The notes: a model not told the origin generated them from the sequence alone. A stretch of DNA of 64,000 bases from Acidobacteriota bacterium (GCA_963664705.1 OY761556.1:1984001-2048000); one strand, 5' to 3'. Counted from the stretch's first letter, positions 28,343 through 40,036 are shown. Program-made: numbers and translations.

Positions 28343-29947
28343 ATGGCTAAAAAGACTCCGCTCGATAGACGGACCCTGACCGGTGCCCCCATCAATCCAA
28401 TACCTCTCGAGGTGCCTTACAAGACCCTTTCGCTTTGCCCCGATTGCACGGCAAAGCTGGACGCCCAGGTGGTTGAAAAGGACGGCAAGATCATCATGGA
28501 GAAAACCTGTCCCGAGCATGGTTTCTTCAAGGAAGTTCTTCTGTCAGACGCCGAGTATTACCATCGCATGATGGCCTGGAACCGCGATGTGGGGTGCGGA
28601 GTTTCCAACCCTGCCGTCCCGGACGCCAAATCCTGTCCGGATGACTGCGGAATGTGCAACCTGCATGTGAGCCATACAGTCCTGGCCAATGTGGATTTGA
28701 CCAATCGCTGCAACCTGGCTTGCCCGATCTGCTTCGCCAATGCCAACGTCCAGGATTACATTTACGAACCGCCCTATGAACAGATTGTTCAGATGCTGCA
28801 AACCCTCCGGGATTCCCGACCCGTCGCTGGACGCGTTGTTCAGTTTGCCGGCGGCGAACCCACACTGCATCCGGACTGGTTCAGGATTCTGAAGGCGGCG
28901 GGGGATATGGGATTCTCTCACGTGCAATGCGCCACCAACGGCCTCAAATTCGCGGAAGATCCTTCTTTTGCCGAGAAATCCAGGGAAGCCGGACTGCATA
29001 CGCTCTACCTGCAGTTCGATGGAGTGGATCCGGCTCTGTACAATACGATCCGGGGCAGGAAAGATCTTTTGGACGTCAAAATGAAGGCTATTGAAAACGT
29101 CCGCAAGGCGGGACTTAAGATTGTCTACGTCCCGACCATCGTTGGCGGCCTCAACGATGATCAGGTTCCCAAGATCGTTCAATTCGCGCTGGACACCATT
29201 GATGTATGTTCCGGTATCAGCTTCCAGCCGGTTGCCATCACGGGCCGAATTGATGATGCGGAACGCGAGAAAATGCGCTTCACCCTTTCTGACTTGGCAA
29301 ACCGCGTCAATGAACTGGGATATACCACCAAGGAAGACTGGTTCCCGTTGTCCTGCACAACGCCGATCACCGAGCTCATCCAGGCACTGAGGAACGAGCC
29401 CAATGTCATGGTTTCGTGCCATCCGCTCTGCGGCATCGGAACCTATTTCTTCGTGGATCAGAACCGGAAGCCGACGCCTGTTACGCGTTTCCTGAACATC
29501 AAGGGATTGTTTGACGACATCCAGAAGCAGGCGGAAAAACTGGCAAACAAAACCACGTTTAAGAGCCTGTATAACAACCTCAGCAAATTCAGCCTTTTCA
29601 GCAGCGCCAATAAGCATTTCGATGCCAGCAAGGCACCCGAGGGTCTGACTCTGGCCAAGCTGGGCCAGACGATCGAAGGACTGCTCGACAAAAAAGCAGG
29701 ACGCGGATCCAACGACGGCACCTATACCTACAAGACGCTTATGGTCGCCGGCATGCACTTCATGGATTCATACAATTATGAAGTGGAACGCGTAAAGCGC
29801 TGCGTCATCAACTACTCCACGCCCGACGGCCGTCTCTACCCGTTCTGCACATACAATTCCGGCCCCGTATTCCGCGAGAAGATTGAAAGACAATTCTCCG
29901 TCTCAAAGGAAGAGTATCGGCAGAAGAAGCTGATAAACGTGGAATAG
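28343..29947 (+). CDS. tes: Radical SAM protein of the tetraether synthase (Tes / GDGT-MAS / MJ0619) family
   Basis: SLCPDC...CPEHG, CPDDCGMCNLH, NRCNLACPICFANA, QFAGGEPT, YLQFDG, CHPLCG and GMHFMDSYNYEVERVKRCVINYSTPDGRLYPFCTYN. Confidence 0.82.
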   Translation: MAKKTPLDRRTLTGAPINPIPLEVPYKTLSLCPDCTAKLDAQVVEKDGKIIMEKTCPEHGFFKEVLLSDAEYYHRMMAWNRDVGCGVSNPAVPDAKSCPDDCGMCNLHVSHTVLANVDLTNRCNLACPICFANANVQDYIYEPPYEQIVQMLQTLRDSRPVAGRVVQFAGGEPTLHPDWFRILKAAGDMGFSHVQCATNGLKFAEDPSFAEKSREAGLHTLYLQFDGVDPALYNTIRGRKDLLDVKMKAIENVRKAGLKIVYVPTIVGGLNDDQVPKIVQFALDTIDVCSGISFQPVAITGRIDDAEREKMRFTLSDLANRVNELGYTTKEDWFPLSCTTPITELIQALRNEPNVMVSCHPLCGIGTYFFVDQNRKPTPVTRFLNIKGLFDDIQKQAEKLANKTTFKSLYNNLSKFSLFSSANKHFDASKAPEGLTLAKLGQTIEGLLDKKAGRGSNDGTYTYKTLMVAGMHFMDSYNYEVERVKRCVINYSTPDGRLYPFCTYNSGPVFREKIERQFSVSKEEYRQKKLINVE

Positions 29948-29982
29948 ACGGCCTAAAACGGCTCCAGCGGCCTTAAAAAACG

Positions 29983-30026
29983 AAAAGGGGATCGGTGATC
30001 CAATCGGACGCCGATCCCCTTTTTTT
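29983..30026. terminator. Bidirectional intrinsic terminator between tes and the S2P protease gene
   Basis: AAAAGGGGATCGG...CCGATCCCCTTTTTTT between convergent genes. Confidence 0.85.
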
Positions 30027-30042
30027 GTTATCTGCCGGCCGG

Positions 30043-31023
30043 TTAAGTAATCGTTATCGGAACCGGAGTAAAAGATAGCAGCAGAATCAACAGTGCTATG
30101 AATCCAAGCAGAAGTCTTCCCGGCCCCAGTTTCTCATCTTCCGCGAGAGTCTGAGGGTGAAAGAAGCGCATGCGGGCACCGAGAACCAGAATCAGGGTGG
30201 CAAAGAAAAGCAACGAATAGGATGGAGGCCACTGGACAAAACTGAGGAGCACCAACATCGCGATGACCGCAATGGACAGCTTTTTCTGCGCAGTACGGCC
30301 AAAGATAGCGTAAGCAATGTGCCCGCCATCAAGCTGCCAGATAGGGAGAAGATTCAGGCTTGTTGCCAGTAGGCCCACCCAGGCCGCCATTGCCATAGGA
30401 TGCGCCAGCATGTCCTGCCTGGCCGGATCATATCCAAGGAGCAGCATGCCAAGCAGCCGGAAAATCAGCGGTTCGCCGAAACTCAGATGCCCCGGGAGGA
30501 TTCTGCCTTTGGGCACCAGGTGAGACAAGTGAATACCCAGCAGCAGGGTCGGCAGGACGAAAATGAATCCGGCCAGTGGGCCGGAAACCCCGATATCGAA
30601 TAGTACCTTTCTATTGCGGAACGGCGATTTTATTTTGATGAAAGCGCCAAACGTGCCCGCCAGCGAAATCGGGATCGGAATGAAATAGGGCGGAGTACAA
30701 CGCATTCCATAGTGCCGGCAGGTTAGAAAATGTCCAAGTTCATGCGCCAGCAGGATTCCAACCAATGGAATGGAAAAGGGAAGCCCTAACAGAATGACTC
30801 TCGGGTTTCGGATAAAGGCAAAAAATGCAGTAACAAAATCCGAATTAACCAGCGCACATAGCCCGGCAAATGAAGTACTTCCCAGAGTCAGGATCAGAAG
30901 TATAGCGGATAGAGCCCATTCTCGCCGGCTTGGCCCGGGCTCATGAGGATACTCGATAGGGTAAACCAGCCCCGCACTCCAGGACGAATGCGCCGGCGGG
31001 AACTCCGGAAGATCACTGCTCAC
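30043..31023 (-). CDS. Site-2 protease (M50 family) intramembrane metalloprotease
   Basis: LAHELGH, GVSGPLAG and NLLPIWQLDGGH. Confidence 0.92.
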   Translation of the reverse strand: MSSDLPEFPPAHSSWSAGLVYPIEYPHEPGPSRREWALSAILLILTLGSTSFAGLCALVNSDFVTAFFAFIRNPRVILLGLPFSIPLVGILLAHELGHFLTCRHYGMRCTPPYFIPIPISLAGTFGAFIKIKSPFRNRKVLFDIGVSGPLAGFIFVLPTLLLGIHLSHLVPKGRILPGHLSFGEPLIFRLLGMLLLGYDPARQDMLAHPMAMAAWVGLLATSLNLLPIWQLDGGHIAYAIFGRTAQKKLSIAVIAMLVLLSFVQWPPSYSLLFFATLILVLGARMRFFHPQTLAEDEKLGPGRLLLGFIALLILLLSFTPVPITIT

Positions 31024-31064
31024 AGGACTATGGGGCTTTCTTTATATGCGAGGGGAACAGTTAT

Positions 31065-31355
31065 TTATTCTGCCGCGCCGCGCGCGATTCTATCTGCGCG
31101 TATTTCCTTCCCGGGCTTAAATCGAATTGTTTTGCCAGGCGGAATAGCCACTTCCTCGCCCGTGCGAGGATTGCGTCCCACACCGCTCTTCCTGGGTTTG
31201 ACGATAAAAACTCCAAACCCACGCAGCTCAATTCTTTCGCCACGTTTCAGCGCATTTTTAAGCGAGTTGAATACAGATTCCACCGCAATTTCCGCTTTTA
31301 CTTTGGTGATATTCAGTTGCTCTGCAACACGGTTTACGATGTCCTGCTTTATCAC
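31065..31355 (-). CDS. HU/IHF family DNA-binding protein
   Basis: GTG start (VIKQDIV) after SD GGGAGG; IELRGFGVF, GRNPRTGE and FKPGK. Confidence 0.93.
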   Translation of the reverse strand: MIKQDIVNRVAEQLNITKVKAEIAVESVFNSLKNALKRGERIELRGFGVFIVKPRKSGVGRNPRTGEEVAIPPGKTIRFKPGKEIRADRIARGAAE

Positions 31356-31524
31356 GCTGAACCTCCCATAAGTTAGTGAGAGCATTTTACTTGTGGCATT
31401 CTGGACTGTCAAGCCATTTCTATTTACAGGATTTAGGGCTGATGGTAGACTCCATTTCGCACTCTGTCCGGATTCCAGTAGGGAGAATATTCCGGCGCCT
31501 TTTTTTTCCATTGGGAGCATGCAC

Positions 31525-32079
31525 ATGTCGGTAATGCCGGATACCTGGATCCGTGAAATGGCCAAGAAACACGGGATGATCGAGCCTTTTGCCGATCAGG
31601 GAAAGCGGGCCGGAAAAATATCGTACGGCACGTCTTCGTATGGCTATGATTTTCGCCTGGCCAAAGAATTCAAGATCCCGGATTTCTCTACGGTTAAGCA
31701 CTTCGATCCCAAGAAGATGGACCAGATTCGCTTCCGCGATCACAATGGCGGACCTTGTCTGATTCCACCCAACTCATTCATTCTTGGAAGATCATTGGAG
31801 TATTTCAGAATCCCGCGGGACATACTGGTGATTTGCCAGGGCAAGTCCACCTATGCACGCAGCGGAGTTCTCGTAAATGTAACGCCGCTCGAGCCCGAAT
31901 GGGAAGGCTTCCTGACTATCGCCGTTGTGAATACAACACCGGTTCCCGCAAGAATTTATCCGGGTGAGGGAATTGCGCAACTTATTTTCATGTCCGCGCA
32001 CACCGTCTGCAAAACGTCCTATGCCGATCGCAAAGGAAAATATCAGGGACAAAAACAGATTCGCCTTTCCCGCGTGTAA
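31525..32079 (+). CDS. dcd: dCTP deaminase
   Basis: SYGTSSYGYD, GKSTYARSG, TPLEPEWEG and KGKYQGQ. Confidence 0.95.
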   Translation: MSVMPDTWIREMAKKHGMIEPFADQGKRAGKISYGTSSYGYDFRLAKEFKIPDFSTVKHFDPKKMDQIRFRDHNGGPCLIPPNSFILGRSLEYFRIPRDILVICQGKSTYARSGVLVNVTPLEPEWEGFLTIAVVNTTPVPARIYPGEGIAQLIFMSAHTVCKTSYADRKGKYQGQKQIRLSRV

Positions 32080-32140
32080 TTGGACGCGGCGAATGCGCAA
32101 ACGGATCCACCGAATGAGAAACATCGACATCAGATCCGGA

Positions 32141-32689
32141 ATGATAAGGCCGCCAGTTTTCCAATTCATTCTGATGGCTGCGCTCCTGGTATTTTGCCCA
32201 TCCTGCGGATACCGGGTTCGAAGCTCCGTCGGCAAGCTCCCCTCCGACGCACAATCGTTGGGCATTCCCACATTTCGCAACCTCACGTCCCAGTACAAGA
32301 TAGAGCAGATCATTTCACGCGCGGTCTTAAGCGAATTTGCCGCAAGAACTCGCACGCCCGTTCATTCAAGCAGTTCCGGAGTCGATATGGTTCTTGTCGG
32401 CGAAATCCGGAATGTCAGTTCGAGTCCCGTCAGCTTTGGCACGCAGGCCGGAGGTTCACAAACCACGGGTTCCACCTTTCTGGTCACCGTGGAGATGAGC
32501 GTAAAGCTGGTGCGACTGAAGGACTCCGCTGTGATCTGGCAGAATGAGGATTTCCGGTTTCGCGAATCCTATGCTCTGAATAACAGCGTCCGGGACTTTT
32601 TCTCCGAAGAAAACCCCGCACTGGAAAGACTTGCGAAGAACTTCGCCGCCAGCCTTGCCAGTGCTATCCTGCACCGGACACAGCCTTGA
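32141..32689 (+). CDS. lptE: LPS assembly lipoprotein LptE family
   Basis: Lipobox PSCGY; IPTFRNLT; position directly before holA. Confidence 0.8.
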   Translation: MIRPPVFQFILMAALLVFCPSCGYRVRSSVGKLPSDAQSLGIPTFRNLTSQYKIEQIISRAVLSEFAARTRTPVHSSSSGVDMVLVGEIRNVSSSPVSFGTQAGGSQTTGSTFLVTVEMSVKLVRLKDSAVIWQNEDFRFRESYALNNSVRDFFSEENPALERLAKNFAASLASAILHRTQP

Positions 32690-33684
32690 CGACCTTGCAA
32701 AGCACGGAAGCGCTCGAACGCGAACTGCGCGAAGGAAAATTTCGCCCGGTCTATCTGGTTCTCGGGCCGGAGGAATATCAGTGCAGGGAAGCCGTCCATC
32801 TCTTGAAAGACAAACTGACTACACCGGATTCCCTGGCGTTTGACTATTCGGAGTTTGTTGCGGGTGAGACTCCGGTGGATGAAATTGTCGAGGCCGCCAA
32901 TACTTTTCCGATGATCTCGAAACGACGGCTGGTCCTTGTTCTCGAAGCCGACGCCTTCAAGGATGCAGAACAGGAGGAGATTCTCGAAGCAATCCCATCG
33001 CTATCAATTCGAAGCACCCTAGTCCTGTCTGCAACAGATCTCGATCGCAGAAAGAAGTTTTATCGAACACTCAAAGATTCCACGTATGTTATCGAGTTCC
33101 CAAAACTCAATGGGCCGGCACTCGAAAAATGGGCAGAGGCCTATATCAAGAAGCAGGGATATCGGATTTCCGCGACGGCCATTAAGAAAATCTCTGATCT
33201 GGCGGGTTCTGACTTACAGAGTCTCGCAATGGAACTCGACAAGCTGCTGCTCTACGCGGGCAATGAGAAAACCGTTCCGGATACCATCGTCGATGATCTT
33301 GTGCGTGGAAGTCGGGAACAAACCATCTGGGATCTGATTGACGCAGTCGGCCGCCGTGACCGCAGCGGCGCACTGAAAGCCCTGGCCAATCTCATCGGAA
33401 TGGGAGAGCCCCCTCTACGCATCGTGGTCATGCTTGCGCGCCAGTTCCGGCAGGTCATTATTGTGCATGAAGGGCTGCGGGAAGGGATTCCAAACAGGGA
33501 AATAGGCGTTCTGGCTCAAATCCCTCCCTTCAAAATCCAGGACTTTATCAGAGACGCACGAGCAGTCCATCCGGATACCGTCCGAAGACTGTTTGTCCGG
33601 CTTGCAGACCTCGACCGGCAATTGAAGACTTCGAGTGCGGACGGACGCATGCTCCTGGAGAGCCTTCTCTGCTCGCTTTCTTAA
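32686..33684 (+). CDS. holA: DNA polymerase III delta subunit
   Basis: PVYLVLGPEEY, ANTFPM...RRLV, ELDKLLLY and DRQLKT. Confidence 0.93.
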   Translation: MTTLQSTEALERELREGKFRPVYLVLGPEEYQCREAVHLLKDKLTTPDSLAFDYSEFVAGETPVDEIVEAANTFPMISKRRLVLVLEADAFKDAEQEEILEAIPSLSIRSTLVLSATDLDRRKKFYRTLKDSTYVIEFPKLNGPALEKWAEAYIKKQGYRISATAIKKISDLAGSDLQSLAMELDKLLLYAGNEKTVPDTIVDDLVRGSREQTIWDLIDAVGRRDRSGALKALANLIGMGEPPLRIVVMLARQFRQVIIVHEGLREGIPNREIGVLAQIPPFKIQDFIRDARAVHPDTVRRLFVRLADLDRQLKTSSADGRMLLESLLCSLS

Positions 33685-33782
33685 TCAGGAAGACATCTGT
33701 GAAAATTCGTGGCTTAGAATACTGTCTCCTGCCACGAATTCTCACGAAGTAGAAAATCTCAGCAGATGGGAGGTTGGCCGGA

Positions 33783-34061
33783 TTAAGCCTTTGCAGTATT
33801 CAACGCAGAATTCAGGCGTTTGGTCAGCCGGGATTTTTGCCGTGAGGCAGCGTTCTTGCTGATTGCCTTTTTCTGCTGTGATTTGTCGATTACCGCATAC
33901 AGCTCGGCAAGCGAATTCTTGGCGTCATCCGCCTTGCCCGTATCCAGACTGTCATTGAACTGCTTCAAATAAGTTCGGAGACTGCTGCGATTGCTTCGGT
34001 TAATGCTGCGATGCTTCAAATTCTGCCGATGTGCTTTGAGGGCAGATGCGTGATTGGCCAT
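33783..34061 (-). CDS. rpsT: 30S ribosomal protein S20
   Basis: MANHASALK, NRSNRSSLRT and KNAASRQKSRL. Confidence 0.95.
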   Translation of the reverse strand: MANHASALKAHRQNLKHRSINRSNRSSLRTYLKQFNDSLDTGKADDAKNSLAELYAVIDKSQQKKAISKNAASRQKSRLTKRLNSALNTAKA

Positions 34062-34131
34062 CCTGAACAACTCCTTATTATTGTTTAAATCCAGCCTGGG
34101 ACCGCCAAAAGCTCGGTCTTATGAACCCCTT

Positions 34132-34203
34132 ACTTTACAAGCAGTTAAGATCCCTGTCAATTCATATTTTATGATTGACTTCAAAACAGGGCGGACCTAG
34201 AAT
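34132..34203. promoter_or_regulatory. Back-to-back sigma70 promoters for rpsT (-) and phoH (+)
   Basis: Minus strand TTGACA(34160-34155)-17-TAAAGT(34137-34132); plus strand TTGACT(34175-34180)-17-TAGAAT(34198-34203). Confidence 0.65.
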
Positions 34204-34316
34204 TTTCTTTAGACATGCGAGCGCAATTCTCCATTAGTCTTTTGTTTGTTGAGGTTAGGAATCATTTCCTCTTCCGAAATCTACGCCCATCCGCGAGGTC
34301 AAGCAAAAACAGTTAG

Positions 34317-35285
<969 letters not shown>

Positions 35286-35308
<23 letters not shown>

Positions 35309-36392
35309 GCTGGGCATCATATTCGGGGGAAAATCCGGGGAATACGAGGTGTCGCTGACATCGGCGGCGTCTGTAATCAGCGCTCTGGATCCCGAGGAAT
35401 TTCAAATCACCGCAATCGGCATTACAAAATCGGGAAAATTAGCGGGTGCCGCAGAAATAGGCGGCATGCTGCCACCCGCAGTTCTGTCGAGAGTCCGGCC
35501 GAGCCCTGCGCTCGAAGCGGACAATTCCACAATGCGGATTATATCTGGACTCCCCGAAAAAGCAGATGATTTGCGGGACGCCCCAATGATTGTATTCCCG
35601 CTGCTTCACGGCCCCTATGGAGAAGATGGGACGATCCAAGGCCTTCTCGAAATTGCAGGAATCCCCTATATCGGCTGCGGTGTCTTGGCTTCTGCCGTGG
35701 GGATGGATAAGGATATTGCCAAGAAGCTATTTCTGCAGGCGGGCCTCCCGGCCACACCGTACCGAACCGTACTCTCACGGGATCTGAACGGCGACCTGTC
35801 AAAGCTTGAACGGTCCGTCTCGGAAGAATTCGGGTATCCGATGTTTTCCAAACCGGCCAATCTTGGTTCCTCCGTCGGGGTATGTAAAATCCACTCCAAA
35901 AGCGAGTTTGAGAGTGCGGTGCGCAGCTCTGCCCAATTCGACAGGAAGATTCTCATTGAAAAGGGGATTGACGGCCGCGAGCTGGAATGCGCCATCCTCG
36001 GCAATGACGATGCGCAGGCATCGGTCGTCGGCGAGGTCATCTCGGCCCATGAGTTTTACGATTACAATGCCAAATATGTAAATCCTGAAAGCCGCGTAGA
36101 AATACCCGCTCACATCGACAACAGAACGGCTGAAGAAATCAGAGATTTGGCTTTGCGCTCTTTCAAGGCAGTCGAAGGCTCCGGGCTCGCAAGAGTCGAT
36201 TTCTTTCTCGACCGCAAAACGGGGAAAGTCTGGCTGAACGAAATCAACACCATGCCTGGCTTCACGCCCATCAGCATGTACACAAAGCTTTGGGCCGCAA
36301 GCGGCGTTGCGTTCGTCGACCTGGTGCGAAGGCTCATCCGGTGTGGAGAGGAGCGTTTCCAGCAAAGAAATCAATATAGGATTTCCATTTAG
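35286..36392 (+). CDS. ddl: D-alanine--D-alanine ligase
   Basis: [42 protein letters not shown] and NEINTMPG. Confidence 0.95.
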
Positions 36393-36458
36393 ATCCATTA
36401 GGAATATATATACATCCTCGGGCCGATTAGGCATCGCGCCCGGCAGGAGGTTACGCCG

Positions 36459-36704
36459 ATGAGCAGCATAACGGGAGATGCAGAACTCCGAGAGCACTTA
36501 TTAAAGGAAAATGCGGAATACCGGCGGCTGGCCGCCGAGCATCATGCCTGTGATGATCAGCTGGAAAATTTTTCCAAGAAGCACTTTCTCAGTGAAGAAG
36601 AGGAGCTTCAGGAGAAGACTCTGAAAAAGAAGAAGCTGATGCTGAAAGACCAGATGTATTCCATCGTACAGAAGGCTCGCAAAGAAATGGAAGCAGGGGC
36701 GTAG
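36459..36704 (+). CDS. DUF465/YdcH-family small helical protein
   Basis: EYRRLAAEHH and LKKKKLMLKDQM; SD AGGAGG. Confidence 0.8.
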   Translation: MSSITGDAELREHLLKENAEYRRLAAEHHACDDQLENFSKKHFLSEEEELQEKTLKKKKLMLKDQMYSIVQKARKEMEAGA

Positions 36705-36734
36705 ATTCGTCGCTCGAGTTTTGGTTGAAAGCAT

Positions 36735-36764
36735 AAGGGGGGACTTCGAAATGCCCCCCTTTCT
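36735..36764 (+). terminator. Intrinsic terminator after the DUF465 gene
   Basis: AAGGGGGG-11 nt-CCCCCCTTTCT. Confidence 0.6.
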
Positions 36765-36826
36765 ATTGCCGGTGCTCTTGATTTTTCACGTTTTCGGTCT
36801 CAACAGGGATAGAAGGGAAGCATGCT

Positions 36827-37429
36827 ATGGTAAGCGATGCCTACAGATTTGTGATTCCAGCGCTGGCGCTGGGCATCGTATTTTTCTGGTTCCACATTTT
36901 TTCTGTGGCCGTGATCTTTATTCTGCTGGCCGCGTTTGTATGCTTCTTTTTCCGTAATCCTAACCGGAATATTCCGGAAGGGAAGAATTTGGTTGTTTCC
37001 CCGGCGGATGGAAAAATCGTAAAGATCTCCCAGGGTCCCGGCTCAAATCAGACAATCTGCATTTTTCTAAATATCTTCAACGTTCACGTCAACCGATCTC
37101 CCATCGCCGGAGAACTGGTAAAATTCGAGTACAAGCGCGGAAAATTCAAGGTTGCCTATGACGAGGAAGCCTCGCGCGTGAACGAACAAAATGTCCTCAC
37201 GATCGCCGGTTCAGGCATCACGGTAACAGTGCAACAGGTTGCCGGGTTGATTGCCCGCCGGGTTATTTGCTGGAAAAAGCCGGGAAATGCGCTGGCCCGA
37301 GGTGAGCTGTTTGGACTGATACGATTCGGATCGCGCGTGGATGTTGTGGTCCCGGGAAATGTTACAATCAAAGTGAAAGTTGGCGAACACGTCCAGGGCG
37401 GCAGTTCCGTCCTAGGAGAATATGCATGA
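36827..37429 (+). CDS. psd: Phosphatidylserine decarboxylase proenzyme (short type)
   Basis: FFRNP, SPADG, NVHVNRSP and RFGSR (pyruvoyl self-cleavage site). Confidence 0.93.
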   Translation: MVSDAYRFVIPALALGIVFFWFHIFSVAVIFILLAAFVCFFFRNPNRNIPEGKNLVVSPADGKIVKISQGPGSNQTICIFLNIFNVHVNRSPIAGELVKFEYKRGKFKVAYDEEASRVNEQNVLTIAGSGITVTVQQVAGLIARRVICWKKPGNALARGELFGLIRFGSRVDVVVPGNVTIKVKVGEHVQGGSSVLGEYA

Positions 37430-38220
37430 GCCAGTCTCCTGAAGAACCATTGAAAGCCCCTGCGGCGCAAAACAGTCCTCGCAGACGCCTGGGGCGGTCT
37501 GTATATCTTCTGCCCAGTCTTTTTACGGTCGGAAATATCTTTTGCGGCTTCTACGCCATTCTCTCCACTATGTATGGCGCCTATGGCCACGCGGCTTATG
37601 CCATAGGCCTGGCGATCGTGCTGGATTCACTTGATGGAATGATCGCACGGTTGACCAATTCGACGAGCGGTTTCGGACTGCAACTCGATTCACTGGCCGA
37701 TGTCATCTCTTTCGGCATTGCCCCCTCCGTTCTTGCCCTCTGCTGGGGCTTGACGGCTGTAGATCAGCGACTGGCATGGATTGCTTCCTTCACCTTTACC
37801 ATCTGCGGAGCCATGCGACTGGCGCGATTTAATATTCAGGCCGAAAATTTGAAGCATTTTGTCGGATTGCCCATCCCCGCGGGAGGAGGTACGGTTGCCG
37901 CTCTGGTCCACTTCTTCGGCGATCCGGTCAAAAGCCGCCTGGGATCCAATCTGATGCTCGCCGGAGTGTTTCTGCTTGCGCTGCTGATGATCAGCACCAT
38001 TCGCTATTACAGCCTCAAACATCTCCCGCTTGGCAGGAAGTCTCACCAGACCATTCTGCTGATCGCCCTGTTCGTGGCATTGCTCTTCTTCCTCTCAAAA
38101 CCGACACTGCTGGTCCTGGCCATCGTCTATGTGCTTTCGGGCCCGCTGGCCCGATTGAGCGGGGGACATCGCAACAAACCGGGAGGGGAATTGACTCTGG
38201 CCAATACTCCGCAGCAGTGA
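37426..38220 (+). CDS. pssA: CDP-diacylglycerol--serine O-phosphatidyltransferase
   Basis: LPSLFT, DSLDGMIAR...GLQLDSLADVISFG, RLARFN and FVGLP. Confidence 0.93.
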   Translation: MSQSPEEPLKAPAAQNSPRRRLGRSVYLLPSLFTVGNIFCGFYAILSTMYGAYGHAAYAIGLAIVLDSLDGMIARLTNSTSGFGLQLDSLADVISFGIAPSVLALCWGLTAVDQRLAWIASFTFTICGAMRLARFNIQAENLKHFVGLPIPAGGGTVAALVHFFGDPVKSRLGSNLMLAGVFLLALLMISTIRYYSLKHLPLGRKSHQTILLIALFVALLFFLSKPTLLVLAIVYVLSGPLARLSGGHRNKPGGELTLANTPQQ

Positions 38221-38364
38221 TCTGATTAATGCCTTTTGCCAGATTCGTAAGGGCCAAAAGTCCTGGCCCCGAATTTGGCAAATTCCGGAATTAGGCATCC
38301 ATTCCTCTTTGGGCTGCGGCAGATTTCCAGACCGGACACTGTCCATCCGCGCTACAATGGATGG

Positions 38365-39111
38365 ATGCCAGTACATGAAGCCGAGGCCGTTGTCCTGAGG
38401 CAGTATTCCCTTTCCGATTCGGATCGTATTGTCGTTTTTGCGACCCGGGAATATGGCAAGGTGCGCGGCGTGGCCCAGGGAGTCAAAAAGCCGAAAAATC
38501 GTATGGCCGGCACCCTGGAGCCATTGAATCATATTCGCGTCGAGTTTTATTCAAAGGAGGGACGCGAACTCAGCCAGGTTCGCCAGGCCGAGTTGATTCA
38601 CCCCTACCTGGGGAAAAATCCATCGCTCCTGAGTGTTTATGTGTATAGCTATTTTGCAGAGATCGCCAACGAGATCGTGCAGGATGGTCAGCCCAATCAT
38701 CCGTTCTTTCGGCTTTTGCTGGCCTGCCTGCAGGCGGGAGATGCGCAGGGACCCAACCAGGCGCTGGTACGATACTATGAAGTCTGGAGCCTTAAACTTA
38801 GCGGCCTTCTTCCCAATTATGCCTATTGCTCGAATTGCGGCAAATGTGTTAAAGATGAAGGGTTTTTTGCCTGGATTGAATCCGGGCAAGTGCGTTGTTA
38901 TTCATGTGCCGCGGGGCGGGGATTGGGAATTGGCGCAGCATCGGCCGCATCCCTTGAAGCGATGATGAAATACGGCCCCGAACAGTTTATGGCACGGCCC
39001 CTGCCGCGGGATTCCGCCGCGGAACTCGAGCGCCTGTCGCAGAGACTCCTGGGGCTTCAATTGGAGAGGGAACTCAAATCCTACCGCATGTTGCGAGAGA
39101 TTCTTTCATAA
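38365..39111 (+). CDS. recO: DNA repair protein RecO
   Basis: EAVVLR...[16 protein letters not shown] and CSNC...CYSC zinc finger. Confidence 0.92.
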   Translation: MPVHEAEAVVLRQYSLSDSDRIVVFATREYGKVRGVAQGVKKPKNRMAGTLEPLNHIRVEFYSKEGRELSQVRQAELIHPYLGKNPSLLSVYVYSYFAEIANEIVQDGQPNHPFFRLLLACLQAGDAQGPNQALVRYYEVWSLKLSGLLPNYAYCSNCGKCVKDEGFFAWIESGQVRCYSCAAGRGLGIGAASAASLEAMMKYGPEQFMARPLPRDSAAELERLSQRLLGLQLERELKSYRMLREILS

Positions 39112-39124
39112 CCAGAAGATTCCA

Positions 39125-40015
39125 ATGCCACCAAAAAATATTCAGCAGATTATCATGACACTCGAGCAGTTCTGGGACCGACAGGGCTGCATCTTACAGC
39201 AACCATACGACAATGAGGTCGGCGCGGGCACAATGGCTCCGGAGACCTTTCTTCGCGTTTTGGGTCCGGAACCCTACCGTGTCGCCTACGTCATGCCGTC
39301 GCGACGGCCGACGGACGGACGCTACGGAGACAATCCGAACCGTGTTCAAAAGCATCATCAATACCAGGTCATCATGAAGCCTTCACCCAAAAATATTCAG
39401 GATTTGTATCTTCAAAGCCTGATGGCGTTGGGAATCAATCTGAAGGAGCACGACCTGCGTTTTGAAGAGGACAACTGGGAATCCCCAACGCTCGGCGCCT
39501 GGGGAATCGGCTGGCAGGTCCTCCTGGATGGGCTTGAAATCACGCAGTTCACCTACTTTCAACAGGCAGGCGGACAGGATCTTGACCCGATCAGTGCCGA
39601 AATCACCTATGGACTGGAACGCATCGGAACCTTTATTGCGCAGGTAGACAGTATTTATGACCTGCAGTGGTCCAACAGCGTAACCTATCGAGACATCCGG
39701 CACAGGGAAGAAGTCGAATTCTCAAAATACAACTTCGAAGCAGCGAACGTCGACATGCTGTTTAAGCTGTTCTCCCTGTACGAGGAAGAAAGCAAGCGGC
39801 TTCTTGAAATGGACCTTGTCCTTCCGGCATATGATTATTGCCTGAAGTGCTCCCATACTTTCAATCTGCTCGATGCCCGGGGTGCGATTAGCGTAACCGA
39901 AAGAGTAGGGATCATCGCGCGCGTGCGGCAACTGGCTTGCGAGGTTGCGCGCCGTTATCTGGAGAGTCGCGAGAAGCAGGGATTCCCGCTGCTCGCATCA
40001 CGTACAGCATCTTAG
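39125..40015 (+). CDS. glyQ: Glycine--tRNA ligase alpha subunit
   Basis: [32 protein letters not shown] and TYGLER. Confidence 0.97.
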   Translation: MPPKNIQQIIMTLEQFWDRQGCILQQPYDNEVGAGTMAPETFLRVLGPEPYRVAYVMPSRRPTDGRYGDNPNRVQKHHQYQVIMKPSPKNIQDLYLQSLMALGINLKEHDLRFEEDNWESPTLGAWGIGWQVLLDGLEITQFTYFQQAGGQDLDPISAEITYGLERIGTFIAQVDSIYDLQWSNSVTYRDIRHREEVEFSKYNFEAANVDMLFKLFSLYEEESKRLLEMDLVLPAYDYCLKCSHTFNLLDARGAISVTERVGIIARVRQLACEVARRYLESREKQGFPLLASRTAS

Positions 40016-40036
40016 GTGGAGCCATCCTAATCGATT

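Noticed and set aside
28343-29947. Radical SAM gene as a methanopterin methyltransferase (old MptM annotation) linked to folB
   Set aside because: The MJ0619 family was reassigned to tetraether synthesis; folB is 22 kb away and no methanopterin genes are present.
27850-30026. Genomic island inserted at tRNA-Leu carrying tes
   Set aside because: No integrase, no duplicated tRNA 3' end seen downstream, and no obvious compositional shift.
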